Notes: generated by a model not told the origin, from the letters alone. DNA of 64,000 bases from Sumerlaeia bacterium (GCA_040219255.1 JAVJSW010000001.1:93794-157793), one strand, 5' to 3'; numbered from the stretch's first letter, positions 46,934 to 56,935 are shown. A program made the numbers and translations.

Positions 46934-47793
46934 CGGGTTTCGGCCGTTCTTGTCGTCGGTCTGTCGGAAGAGGAGGTACGGGGCGGTTCGGCGTCGCCGG
47001 CTTTGACCTTCGCGAGCAACTCCTTGGCGCTTTCGCGGGCGGGGCCGAAGAATTTTTCTTCCGCTTCCCGGCGGGCGGTCTTCACGTTGTCGCTCCACTT
47101 GTCCGGATCGTCGAGCGCCTGGAAGCGGGCGAAGGCGTCCTTGGGATCGCCCTGCTCGAGTTCGTGAACGCCGAGGTAATAATTGGCCAATTCGTTGGCC
47201 GCGTCGCCCTTGTCGATTTCGCCCTTCAGGAGAGCGATGGCCCGGTCGCGGTCGCCCAGGTTCCAGTAAGACACGCCAGCCATGGCGCGAGTTTCCGGAT
47301 TGTTCTCGGGCTGCAACCGGGCGCTTTTCTCCAGGAGCGGCGCCGCCTTCTCGAAGTTCTCCGCCTCGAAGTAGGCTTCGCCGAGACGGCGAAGGAACTT
47401 GTCGCTTTCCCAGGCGCCGCGGAATTCCTCGCGGTTGGCGAACTTCTCGAGTTGAGCGATGGCGCGGTCCCATTGCTCCGCTTGCTCGAAACGCTCCGCT
47501 TCGAGGAGCATCTTGCGCATTTCCCGGGTCTTGCCGCCGGTGACCATGGTGGCGCCGATGATGACGGCCTGGAAAATCAGGAACACGGCGATGTAGAGCC
47601 CGATCCAGAACTTGGGCGAGAGGGTTTTGCGCTCCTGAGCGGCGCGTTTCTTTTCCGCCGCGATTAGGGCCGGCTTCTTCGATTCCGGCGCGGGCGCCGC
47701 CGAACCCTTAGAGACCGCGGCGCGGCGGGCGTCCTTGGCCGAACGGGGCGGCGGAGAATTCTTCGTGCTGGATTGCGAACGGCGTCTGCCCAT
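46930..47793 (-). CDS. Membrane-anchored tetratricopeptide repeat protein
   Basis: One TM, then TPR-like helices (LGEAYFEAENFEKA, AGVSYWNLGDRDRA, YYLGVHELEQGD); ATGA-coupled to lysS. Confidence 0.8.
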   Translation of the reverse strand: MGRRRSQSSTKNSPPPRSAKDARRAAVSKGSAAPAPESKKPALIAAEKKRAAQERKTLSPKFWIGLYIAVFLIFQAVIIGATMVTGGKTREMRKMLLEAERFEQAEQWDRAIAQLEKFANREEFRGAWESDKFLRRLGEAYFEAENFEKAAPLLEKSARLQPENNPETRAMAGVSYWNLGDRDRAIALLKGEIDKGDAANELANYYLGVHELEQGDPKDAFARFQALDDPDKWSDNVKTARREAEEKFFGPARESAKELLAKVKAGDAEPPRTSSSDRPTTRTAETR

Positions 47794-47972
47794 GAAAGCC
47801 TGATTTCAAGCGGATTGGAGCCCCGGCGAAGCGCCGGAATTCCAGACGCGGGACCAAAGCAAACCCCCGCCTCCGCCCGCAACCGCAAAAGCCGGCGGCA
47901 CCTCAACAGGGGTGGTTCCGGTCGCTGTCATTCTTCGATCATGGGGATCGATCGGCCCTCCAGCTCCCCCGC

Positions 47973-49334
47973 CTACAGCCGCGTCTCCACCAGCATCGCC
48001 ATGCCCTGGCCGCCGCCGATGCAGAGGCTGGCGACGCCGGTGCGCATGCCGGTGGCTTTGAGGGCGTTGACCAGGGTGACGATGAGGCGGATGCCAGTGG
48101 CGCCCATGGGATGACCGAGGGCGAGGGCTCCGCCATGGACGTTGAGGCGGTCGAGGGGCACTTCGTAGCCGTCCTTGCGCATCTGGCGCAGAACGGCGAG
48201 GATCTGAGCGGCGAAGGCCTCGTTGATCTCGAAGAGGTCGATGTCGTCCATCTGCAAGCCGTGTTCCTTCAGCAGCTTGGGGATCGCGTAGGCCGGACCC
48301 ATGCCCATGCGGCGGGGGTCCAGCGCAACGGTGGCGACGCCGGTGACCCAGGCGTCGACCACGAGGTTCTGTTTGCTGGCGAATTCCCGCGAGAGCGCGT
48401 AACAGGAGGCGGCGCCATCGTTCAACGGCGAACTGTTGCCGGCGGTCACGGTGCCGTCTGGGCGGAAGGCGGGCCGCAACTTGGAAAGCTTGGCCACCGT
48501 CGTGTCCGGGCGGATGCATTCGTCTTTGGGAATGTCCAGGGTCTGGATGTCTTTCTCTTCTTCGAAGAGCCAGCGGTAGGTGTCGCCGTACTCTTTCTGC
48601 CAGACGGCGAGGGCGACTTCCGCGGCGCGGGTGTGGCTCTTGACGGCGTAGGCGTCCATTTCCTGGCGGCGGATGCCGTATTCGTCGGCGAGGATCTCGG
48701 CGGTCTCGCCCATCGGCAGGTCGTGCTCGTCGTCTGGAGCCATGCGGATGCGATGGGGAGCGGGGGCGGCGTAGGCGTAGGGCCGGGCCGTGCGGTCGTA
48801 GAGCCAGGGGGCGCGGCTGGAGCTTTCAACTCCGCCGACGAGAATTCTCTCCGCCATGCCGGAGTTGAGTTTGGCGCAGGCGGTGGCGAGGGCTTCCATG
48901 CTGCTGGCGCACTGGCGGTCGATAGTCATGGCGGGGACGTCTTGCGGGAATCCGGCGGCGAGACCGGCGACGCGGGCGATGTTGCCCGTGCCGTTGCGCA
49001 CGCTGCCGGCGATGATTTCCTCCGGCGTGGTGAGGGACGCCTCGAGGCCTTCGAATTCCGCGACCATGTGCGTGGCTTCGTGGCGGGTCGAGGGGCGCTC
49101 GTAATGGGTGGCGCCGGGGTCTTCTTTGCGCAGTTTCTCGTCCATCATTTCGGTGGCGTAGGCGCGATGGAACTGGGAGATCAGGCCCGGAGATGCACCG
49201 AAGAGCCCCGCCTTGGACACGCCGAAGCAGGCAGCGAGCAAGTCTTGAGGCTCGAACCCGGCGAGGAAACCGCCCATTTTGCCGATGGGGGTGCGGTTGA
49301 GACCGACGAGTGCGACAGGTTGGCGGAGTTTCAT
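47973..49334 (-). CDS. Thiolase (acetyl-CoA C-acyltransferase)
   Basis: RTPIG, DRQCASS, TAGNSS.LNDGA, EINEAFA, GHPMGATG and CIGGGQG motifs. Confidence 0.93.
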   Translation of the reverse strand: MKLRQPVALVGLNRTPIGKMGGFLAGFEPQDLLAACFGVSKAGLFGASPGLISQFHRAYATEMMDEKLRKEDPGATHYERPSTRHEATHMVAEFEGLEASLTTPEEIIAGSVRNGTGNIARVAGLAAGFPQDVPAMTIDRQCASSMEALATACAKLNSGMAERILVGGVESSSRAPWLYDRTARPYAYAAPAPHRIRMAPDDEHDLPMGETAEILADEYGIRRQEMDAYAVKSHTRAAEVALAVWQKEYGDTYRWLFEEEKDIQTLDIPKDECIRPDTTVAKLSKLRPAFRPDGTVTAGNSSPLNDGAASCYALSREFASKQNLVVDAWVTGVATVALDPRRMGMGPAYAIPKLLKEHGLQMDDIDLFEINEAFAAQILAVLRQMRKDGYEVPLDRLNVHGGALALGHPMGATGIRLIVTLVNALKATGMRTGVASLCIGGGQGMAMLVETRL

Positions 49335-49556
49335 GGCAGGCAATCCTTTTCCGGGGACGGGCGAGTGATCAGGGCGGCAGAAGAGGCGCAGTTCGGCCCC
49401 TGCCGCAAGGCGTCTCTCGCCGGGAGCAGAAACCGCGCCCACCGAATTCTTCAAGCGACATTCCTCTGGAGGTCCGGAGGGGATCGCCGCGTCGGGGGGG
49501 AACCTCAGCCAGCGCTGGATTCTTCGCGCCCCGCTGTGGACCCATCAACCCGCAGA

Positions 49557-51416
49557 TCAGGTGTTGATCCGCATGTTCTGCAATTCCCGCTCGACGCTCT
49601 CGCGGGTGCTGTCGGCCAGCGAGGGCGGGATGAGCGATTTTCGCGAGCACTCCATGTAGGCTTGCAGCGTTTGCCAGCGGCGCTGGCGGGCGATCTGGCT
49701 CGGCAGGATGTTGCCGATGACGGACTCGACCTGCTCGAAGGTCAGCGTACCGGTCAGGACGCGTTCGCTCCGCAACTCGACGACGACTTCGTTGAAGTCC
49801 GCCGGCGAGAGTTCCTTGGTGCGCTCCTCGATGGCGTCGCGCTGCGCTTCCGTCAGTTCCGAGGGATCGAACTGGGCGCGGCTGAGGATGAAATCGATGT
49901 AGGCGCGGCGGTCATCGCCCTCGGGATCGAACACAGGCAGGTGCAGGCCCGCGCGGCCGCTGCGTTTCAAATCCGGCGCGAGATTGTCGGGCCGCGCCGT
50001 GAGCAGCAGCCAGATGATCTTTCCCCGGTTGCGTGGGTTGCCCATCATCTTGATCAGGTTGCCGAAGAGCCGGGCCTCGGTTTCGTGCGTATTGCCGCCC
50101 GGTTTGGTGAAAACCGTGTCGGCTTCGTCGATGAAAATGATGACGTTGCCGAGGGCTTCGAGGACCGAGCGGAGTTTCTCGAAAATCGCGTCGGTCTGGC
50201 CAAAGTACATCGACCGCAGGTTCTTGAGCACGATAACGAGCCGGTCGCACTCGGCGGCCCAAGCCTCGAAGACGAAGGTCTTGCCCGCGCCGTTGGGGCC
50301 GGGGACCAGGATTCCGACGGGCGCGACCTTGGGATCGCGCGTGTCCAGGAGTGCCTTGACGCGCTTCAGCTCCGCCTTCAAGGCCGTCGCGCCTACCACG
50401 TCGTCCATGGAGTGGGCCGGTTTGACGATTTCGATTTTGTCGCCGAGTTCGCTCACCAGCAGCCGGTTGAGTTGCTCCAGGATGTCCGCTTCGTCGATTT
50501 CGCCGTCGCGGTAGGAGGCTTGCAGGAACAGGTTCTTGATCGTCAGCAGGGTCATGCCGGCGGTCAATTCGGCCAGCTCCTTCTTCGAGCGCTGAAGTTT
50601 CAACTCCTGACCGAATTGGCCGGAATACCATTCGATAAAGGCGCGCCGGCAGTCCTCGTCCGGCAGGGGAACGCCGGTCATGCTCATGTGGGGCAGACGA
50701 CGCAGCGTCTCGTGGATGCTGGCCATGGTGGGCGCCACGAGAATGACCTGCTCGTTGCTTTCGAGGAACTCCGGGTCCGTGAACCACTCGGTCAGGAGGG
50801 TCAGCTTCTGCCGGTCGATGTCGCTCATCTGGGCCAGGGGGGCGTCGGGCAGGAGCATTTCGGCGTGCTTGACGATGATGGTGAGGCCGCCGGAGATGGG
50901 ACCTTCGCGGCGCTGGCGGGCGAGGAGGCAAAGCTCCTCGAGGAAGCGCAGCGTGAGGAAGCTGTAGACCTGCGATTCGACCACGGAGCGGTCGAACTTG
51001 GCGGCGCGCTTGTCGATGTCCTTCTGGCTCATCATGGCGCCGAGGCGGTCGGCCTTGGAGTAGAACTCCCGCAGGGCGTTGTAGCATTCGTTGCGGCGGG
51101 CTTTGTCGCTGGTTTCGACGCCGAAGTCGATGCCGCGGGCGATGTTGTAGGTGATGACGAGGCGCCCGCGCCGCTCCAGGCGTTCGGCCAGGTAGCGCTC
51201 CAGCCCCACATAGCGGTGTGCGTTGTCGGGTTCGTCGGCGCTGCAACTGATCCCGAGACCATCGAACAGGTCCGACACGTTGCCGGTCAGGAGAAACTGA
51301 TTGCTCTGGCGCGAGAGAAAGCGGTCGGCGATTTCGCGAAAGAAAGGTTCCAACTCGCGGTCCTCGATTTCGCGGAAGTCTTCGGGGGTGCAGGGTTTTG
51401 GCGTCTGGCGTTGCAT
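49557..51416 (-). CDS. AAA+ ATPase with degenerate N-terminal domain
   Basis: Walker A GPNGAGKT, Walker B IIFIDEAD, SRH TARPD.L.PDLKRSGR; N-terminal LLTGNVSDLF domain. Confidence 0.88.
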   Translation of the reverse strand: MQRQTPKPCTPEDFREIEDRELEPFFREIADRFLSRQSNQFLLTGNVSDLFDGLGISCSADEPDNAHRYVGLERYLAERLERRGRLVITYNIARGIDFGVETSDKARRNECYNALREFYSKADRLGAMMSQKDIDKRAAKFDRSVVESQVYSFLTLRFLEELCLLARQRREGPISGGLTIIVKHAEMLLPDAPLAQMSDIDRQKLTLLTEWFTDPEFLESNEQVILVAPTMASIHETLRRLPHMSMTGVPLPDEDCRRAFIEWYSGQFGQELKLQRSKKELAELTAGMTLLTIKNLFLQASYRDGEIDEADILEQLNRLLVSELGDKIEIVKPAHSMDDVVGATALKAELKRVKALLDTRDPKVAPVGILVPGPNGAGKTFVFEAWAAECDRLVIVLKNLRSMYFGQTDAIFEKLRSVLEALGNVIIFIDEADTVFTKPGGNTHETEARLFGNLIKMMGNPRNRGKIIWLLLTARPDNLAPDLKRSGRAGLHLPVFDPEGDDRRAYIDFILSRAQFDPSELTEAQRDAIEERTKELSPADFNEVVVELRSERVLTGTLTFEQVESVIGNILPSQIARQRRWQTLQAYMECSRKSLIPPSLADSTRESVERELQNMRINT

Positions 51417-51501
51417 GATGGCGGTTTATCCTGAGGAGGTGGCGCGGCGACTACGTTCCTGCCCGATTTGGCGTCGGGGCGCGACCCGAATCCGGAGGCG
51501 G

Positions 51502-54500
51502 CTACTTGAGGATCCATCCGGACCATGGCAGGCGGTCTGTCTGAATCAGTACTTCGCGGGATTGGGTGACGGAGCGCCCGGCCAGGCGCACCCGCAGAAT
51601 GCGCGCGTCCGCGTCGAAGGTCCAGCCCGGCCCGGGCGCGCCGGGCACCGCGTCCTGGGCAAGTTCCAGGCCGTCGGCGGAGACGCCCTCGACGCGGTTC
51701 AGTCCATGGACTTCAAGGTCGTAGGCGCGAATCGCGGGCATGCCGGCCACCGTCTGGGCCGGGGCGGCGATGTCGAGACTCAAGTGGCTCGTTCCGCGCC
51801 ATAGGGCGCGAAAGAGTGTGTCGGCGTAAATCCCGCGCTGGTAGTCTTTCGTCAGCCCATCGTCCTCGTAGAGACGCCCCTCGGCGTTCATCGGATAGGG
51901 GGCGTAGACGCGGAGGGTGATGGCGTCGAGGGGGGCTTCGTCGGAGGTCATCATCTCAGGCCCCAAGGGAATGATGGCGGGGGCGCGGACGTAGAACGGG
52001 AAGTCGGCGGCACCGCCGAGGAAGTCCACATCCCCGCCCCCGACGAGAGCCTCGCCGGTGAACCAGTCGAACCAGGTGCCCTCGGGCAGATAGACGGAGC
52101 GGCCGGGGACTTCGGGCGCGGTAATGGGTGCGGCCATGAGGGACTCGCCGTACATGAACTGGGAGTTCAGATTCCAGGTCCGCTCGTCTTGCGGCCAGTC
52201 CATGACCAGGGGCCGCATAATGGGGGCGCCAGTTTCGTAGGACTGCCGCGCGATCGTGTAGTGGTGTGGGATCAGCCGGTAGCGCAGCCGGAGCAGGTCG
52301 CGCACCGCCGCTTCGACTTCCTCGCCGAAGCGCCAGGGCTCGCGATCGCTGAAGGCGCCATGGGGGCGATAGAGCGGATTGAAGAAACCGAACTGGCACC
52401 AACGCAGGTACAGCTCCGGCGTCGGCTTTCCATTGAACCCGCCGATGTCCGAATTCCAGTAGGGCACGCCGGCCAGGCCCATGCTGGCGGCGATGGCGAC
52501 CTGCTCTTCCAGGTGGTCCCACCGGGCCTGGACGTCGCCGCTCCAGACGCTGGCGCCGTATTTCTGCATGCCCGCATAGCCGCTGCGGCTCATGATGAAG
52601 GGGCGCTTGTTGGGCGCGTAGCGATCCATCGCCTCGTTCAGCGAGCGGTTCATTTCGAGCGCCAGCACATTGTGCACCGCCCGGGCCGGGCCATCGTGGA
52701 ACATCATCTCGTTCACGAGGCCCTCGGGCTCGTTGAGGTCCTGCCAGAACCCGTCGAACTGGTACTCGCGGATCAGTTTCTCATGCTTGCCGATCCACCA
52801 CTCGCGCGTGTCCGGGTTGGTGAAATCGAGGATGAAGATCGGGCCGGGGGCGATCCAGCCGAGGTCTTGCCCGGGGATCTGCATCAGGTTTTCGCTGTCC
52901 CGCGTGAACAGCTCCATCTCGTAGGCTTCCTGAATATTGAAAGAGAAGGTCGTCATCTGCGGTTCGGTGATGGGAACGGTCTTGATTCCCTGCTCGCGGA
53001 GGCCCGCCAAATTCTGGGTCGGATTGGCCCATTCGGGGGTATCCTGGAACTCGAGGTTCCCCATGTAGGGCTGGCCGAACCAGAAGAGATCGATGACGAT
53101 GGCATCGAGGGGGATTTGACGGTCGCGGAATCCGTCGACGATGCCTTGGATTTCCGCGAAGGAGGTGTACCCGTACTTGGATTGCACGTTGCCGAAGGTC
53201 CAGCGCGGCGCCAGCGCGGGCCGGCCGGTGACCTGAGTGTACTGATCCACCACATCGCCCATCGAGTCGCCGAAGAAGACGTAGTAGGACAGCTCGCCGA
53301 ATTCGGTCTCGTAGGTGATCGCTTCTTGGACCTCGCCGCCGAAGGAGATCGTGGCCTCCGCGGGATTGTCGATGAAGACGCCGTAGTTCTTGTTGCTGAC
53401 CCAAAACGCCCACATCAGGAAGGAGGGCGCTTCGTGGCGGTTGTCGAGGTAGTAGGTCCGCCCGCGGCGGTTGATGCCGCCGGCACCGTTGGTGGAGTGC
53501 TCGCCGAGGCCATAGATGTTGTCATCGGGCGCCAGTTCGAAGGCGACTCTGCGATAGTCCGGGCCGAAAAGGATCCACTCGCTCGGATTGTCGCGCAGCA
53601 GCACCGCGCCGTCGGGCTTCTCGTAGGTCAGGCGGAGCGGCGACGTGCTAACTCGGACGCGCCAGCCGGGCCCTTCGAGGACCAAGTCCGGGTCCTCGAT
53701 CGTCCGGAAATCGGGAGCGGGCCAGTCGGTGCGGGTCACGGCGTAGGAGTGCTCCGGGGGGAATTCGCCGCGGGGCGCCAGGTCTACCCGGATGGTCTTG
53801 TCGAGCCGTGGCAGGAGCCGGATTTTGGACTCGCCCGACATCAGGAGGACGCCGGTGGTGTAAACTTCGTAGGCGTCGAGGTCGCCGATGTCGCCGGAGA
53901 TGGGCTCCTCCGGCGCGTTCGTGTAGAGTGTGCGGTTCCAGTCGTCCACCGAATGCGGATAATCGGGCGATCCGATGGCGAAGTAATCCCAGTCGAAGGT
54001 GTGGCCGTCCGTCTGGGTGAACCCGATCAGCTCGATGCGGTCGCCGAGCGGCTGCCATTCGGTTTCGTTGTGGGTGAATTCGGCCACGGGATCGGAGAAG
54101 TCGCGCTGGCGCGACACCACCGCCCGCAGCATCGTGGGCGAGGTGCCTTCGACTGTGGCTCTGAGGAAGAATTCGTCGCCGGGGACGATGGGGTGGGGGA
54201 CCGGGTCGAGGAAGTCGGTGAAATCGCCCCCTTGGCGCCGAAGACGGATGACGTCGTTTCCGCCGTCGATGGTGAGCAAATAGCCCTCCGATCCGTTCGA
54301 ACGCAGAGCGAGTTCAGCGTTTCGCTCGCCCGCCGTGTCGGTGAATTCCGCCATTTCGACCCGGGCATGGACGGTGTAGTCGAGGCTGGGAAGGAGCGGA
54401 GTGAGGGGCTGAGTTCCGCGCCGCGAGATGCCATTGTCCAGACGGCGCAGTTGGAGGATGCCTTCGTTGGGCGGCTGCGGCTCGTTCGGGAAGTAGCCGC

Positions 54501-54690
54501 TGAAGGACCCGAATCGGTTCCAGAAGTCTTCGTTGATGTCGCCTCCGTCGGCGCCCCAATCGAACTGATCGTAATAGACTTCCTGGGCCGGGGCTGGAAA
54601 CGCTGCGAACGCGAACAGAAGGGCGCAGAGAATTCGGCGCAGGGATGAGGCGGTTGAGGGCGCGTGGTGCTGGGGTCGTCGATTCGTCAT
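51502..54690 (-). CDS. Secreted glycoside hydrolase family 31 (alpha-glucosidase/xylosidase) with extra N-terminal beta-sandwich
   Basis: YGLGE, IPLDAIVID..W, nucleophile FWQDLNEP, acid/base WSGD, SDIGGF, ELY.RW.Q.G and YEDDG motifs; signal peptide. Confidence 0.93.
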   Translation of the reverse strand: MTNRRPQHHAPSTASSLRRILCALLFAFAAFPAPAQEVYYDQFDWGADGGDINEDFWNRFGSFSGYFPNEPQPPNEGILQLRRLDNGISRRGTQPLTPLLPSLDYTVHARVEMAEFTDTAGERNAELALRSNGSEGYLLTIDGGNDVIRLRRQGGDFTDFLDPVPHPIVPGDEFFLRATVEGTSPTMLRAVVSRQRDFSDPVAEFTHNETEWQPLGDRIELIGFTQTDGHTFDWDYFAIGSPDYPHSVDDWNRTLYTNAPEEPISGDIGDLDAYEVYTTGVLLMSGESKIRLLPRLDKTIRVDLAPRGEFPPEHSYAVTRTDWPAPDFRTIEDPDLVLEGPGWRVRVSTSPLRLTYEKPDGAVLLRDNPSEWILFGPDYRRVAFELAPDDNIYGLGEHSTNGAGGINRRGRTYYLDNRHEAPSFLMWAFWVSNKNYGVFIDNPAEATISFGGEVQEAITYETEFGELSYYVFFGDSMGDVVDQYTQVTGRPALAPRWTFGNVQSKYGYTSFAEIQGIVDGFRDRQIPLDAIVIDLFWFGQPYMGNLEFQDTPEWANPTQNLAGLREQGIKTVPITEPQMTTFSFNIQEAYEMELFTRDSENLMQIPGQDLGWIAPGPIFILDFTNPDTREWWIGKHEKLIREYQFDGFWQDLNEPEGLVNEMMFHDGPARAVHNVLALEMNRSLNEAMDRYAPNKRPFIMSRSGYAGMQKYGASVWSGDVQARWDHLEEQVAIAASMGLAGVPYWNSDIGGFNGKPTPELYLRWCQFGFFNPLYRPHGAFSDREPWRFGEEVEAAVRDLLRLRYRLIPHHYTIARQSYETGAPIMRPLVMDWPQDERTWNLNSQFMYGESLMAAPITAPEVPGRSVYLPEGTWFDWFTGEALVGGGDVDFLGGAADFPFYVRAPAIIPLGPEMMTSDEAPLDAITLRVYAPYPMNAEGRLYEDDGLTKDYQRGIYADTLFRALWRGTSHLSLDIAAPAQTVAGMPAIRAYDLEVHGLNRVEGVSADGLELAQDAVPGAPGPGWTFDADARILRVRLAGRSVTQSREVLIQTDRLPWSGWILK

Positions 54691-55034
54691 CGGTCCAGAT
54701 TCGTGCGGCTGAAGCCGGGGGTTGTTGAGGGGCAACCGGGGGGGCTTTGGGTTGGAAACCCTTTACCGGTTCGCGGGGGATTTTATTCACCGGGAAAGTT
54801 TCCGGCCGCAAGCGGGTTCGGGGCTCGCACGGCATTTGCTGGGAGAGTAAGTGGCGCCAGATGCGAATGATGGCCGTTCGAATAAGAACGGCGCTGAATT
54901 ATTCGGATCGTTCAGAAAGGGCTAGGCATCCTTCCCCACCCTGTGGTGACTCTTCAGCCTTACCGTGGGAAGGTTGTGATGGTGCCCATCGCGGCTTTGC
55001 CGCGCATTCAAAGGAAGACAATAAGGCATACCGA

Positions 55035-56165
55035 ATGACAGTTCACGAAGAAACCGAACCGAAGACCTCGAAAGACTACAAGCGCATGGTGGACCCTTTC
55101 AAGGGCGCGGATGACCGCTCCAGCGCTTTGCAGCTCACCACCACCCTCGCTCTCTTTTTCGGCTTTTGGATCTTGGCTTGGCTGAGCCTCGATGTCAGCT
55201 ATCTGCTGACCCTTCTGCTGGGGATTCCGGCGGCCGGATTTCTCGTCCGTCTTTTCATGATCCAGCACGATTGCGGGCATGGCTCCTACTTCAAGTCCAA
55301 GAAGCTCCGCGACAGCGTCGGATTTTTCCTAGGGTGTCTCACTTTGACCCCCTACCATTACTGGAAAACGACGCATGCGTATCACCATTCGCATTCCGGC
55401 GACCTCGACTTCCGGGGCTTTGGCGACATCAAGACCTGGACCGTGAAGGAATACCAGAGCCGCACCAAGGGCCAGCGCCTCTACTACCGCCTGTACCGCA
55501 ATCCGCTGATCCTGTTCGGCATCGGGCCGACCTATCAGTTCGTCATCAAGCACCGCTTTCCCTGGGACATTCCCCAGAAATGGCGCAAGCTGTGGAAGGA
55601 CGTCTGGCTCACCAACCTGGCCGTCGCCATTCTCGTCGCCGTCGCCGGTTATTTCACCGGTTACGCCGAGTTCTTCCTGGTGCAGGCCCCGATCACGTTC
55701 ATGTCCTCCACCTTCGGCCTCTATCTGTTCTACGTGCAGCACCAGTACGAAGAAACCTACTGGCACGACCATGAGAACTGGGACTACTTTGACGCCGCCA
55801 TCTACGGCAGCTCGCATTTGGTTCTGCCTAAGTGGCTTCAGTGGATGACCGCCAGCATCGGCATCCATCACGTCCATCACCTCAGCAGCCAGATTCCGAA
55901 CTACAAGCTGCAGGCTTGCCTGGAAGCGAACCCGGACTTGCAGAAAGCCACCCAGATCACCATTCCGGAAACGTGGCCGCTGATGAACCTGACGCTTTGG
56001 GACGAAGAGTCCTTGCGCATGATCCGCTTCTCGGACCTGCGCAAGGGCAATTACGGCAAGAAGCTGCTGGACGCCGAGAAAGCTGCGGCCGCCGCGCAAG
56101 CCCCCGTGGCCAGTGTGGTCGACGCGGACGATAAATCCGAGGTTGAAGAACCGGCTCTGGTCTAG
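55035..56165 (+). CDS. Membrane fatty acid desaturase (Des-like)
   Basis: His boxes HDCGH, HAYHH and HHVHH, plus FYVQH; TM helices. Confidence 0.92.
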   Translation: MTVHEETEPKTSKDYKRMVDPFKGADDRSSALQLTTTLALFFGFWILAWLSLDVSYLLTLLLGIPAAGFLVRLFMIQHDCGHGSYFKSKKLRDSVGFFLGCLTLTPYHYWKTTHAYHHSHSGDLDFRGFGDIKTWTVKEYQSRTKGQRLYYRLYRNPLILFGIGPTYQFVIKHRFPWDIPQKWRKLWKDVWLTNLAVAILVAVAGYFTGYAEFFLVQAPITFMSSTFGLYLFYVQHQYEETYWHDHENWDYFDAAIYGSSHLVLPKWLQWMTASIGIHHVHHLSSQIPNYKLQACLEANPDLQKATQITIPETWPLMNLTLWDEESLRMIRFSDLRKGNYGKKLLDAEKAAAAAQAPVASVVDADDKSEVEEPALV

Positions 56166-56186
56166 AGGGTCTATCGGTTCGATACC

Positions 56187-56921
56187 TCAGAGTTTCTCTG
56201 TCGCCTTCAAACCGAGAGCGATACGCAACCCTTCGAAATTTGCGACATGGAGCGTGGCCGGTTCCTCCGGCAGGATCGGCTCCATGTCGTACTCCCATGT
56301 CTGGGGGTGGGGCACGAAGATGGTGCGGATTCCGGCGCGCTTGGCGGCGTTGATGTCGCCGCCCGGCGAATTGCCCACCATCACCACATGGGCCGGGTCC
56401 AGGTTGTATTTCTTCAGCACATCGCGATAATTCTGCGGCTTTTTGTCGGGGACGACTTCGATGGCGTGGAAGAGCGATTCCAGGCCGCTGCGAAAAACCT
56501 TGCCCATTTGGTCGCCGTGGTGGCCTTTGGTGACCATGATGGTCTGGTAGCTTTCCTTGAGCAGTGGCAAGGTCCGCGCCACGCCGGGCCGCAGGACGAT
56601 GGGGTGGCTGCGCAGGAACCGGGTCCATTCGAGGGCCTGTCGCCTCAGACCGGGATGCAGCATGCGGCCACGTTCGTGCGCCTGGCACAGGTGCCGCAGA
56701 GCCTGCAGCAGGGAAATTTCGTAGCTGTCGTAGCCGAAGCCGCGGAACGGGATGTTGCGCAATTCGTAGCGATGCAGAATGCGTCCCGTCGCGTAATCGG
56801 TGAAGCCCAGGCGGCGGCCCGTCTGGCAGAGCCATTGGAGCGACTGCATGAAGTAGATGTTGTTTTCCCACAGGGTGTCGTCGGCGTCCACGAAGACAGC
56901 CTGCACATTTCGCAATTCCAC
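56187..56921 (-). CDS. HAD family hydrolase
   Basis: DADDTLW motif I, TKG motif II, MVGNS..GD motif IV; GTG start inferred. Confidence 0.87.
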   Translation of the reverse strand: MELRNVQAVFVDADDTLWENNIYFMQSLQWLCQTGRRLGFTDYATGRILHRYELRNIPFRGFGYDSYEISLLQALRHLCQAHERGRMLHPGLRRQALEWTRFLRSHPIVLRPGVARTLPLLKESYQTIMVTKGHHGDQMGKVFRSGLESLFHAIEVVPDKKPQNYRDVLKKYNLDPAHVVMVGNSPGGDINAAKRAGIRTIFVPHPQTWEYDMEPILPEEPATLHVANFEGLRIALGLKATEKL

Positions 56922-56935
56922 GTTGGTTAGAGTCC

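Noticed and set aside
48111-51434. 1107-aa + strand ORF (similarly 9284-12043, 52189-54648, 4413-6443 and 26805-28160)
   Set aside because: In-register antisense of clearly identified genes (thiolase/AAA, sucA, GH31, GH97, eno).
54704-54730. cggctgaagccgggggttgttgag resembling an IS200/IS605 (IscB/HEARO) end
   Set aside because: Only half of the hairpin matches, and there is no tnpA/tnpB/iscB or omega-RNA body nearby.
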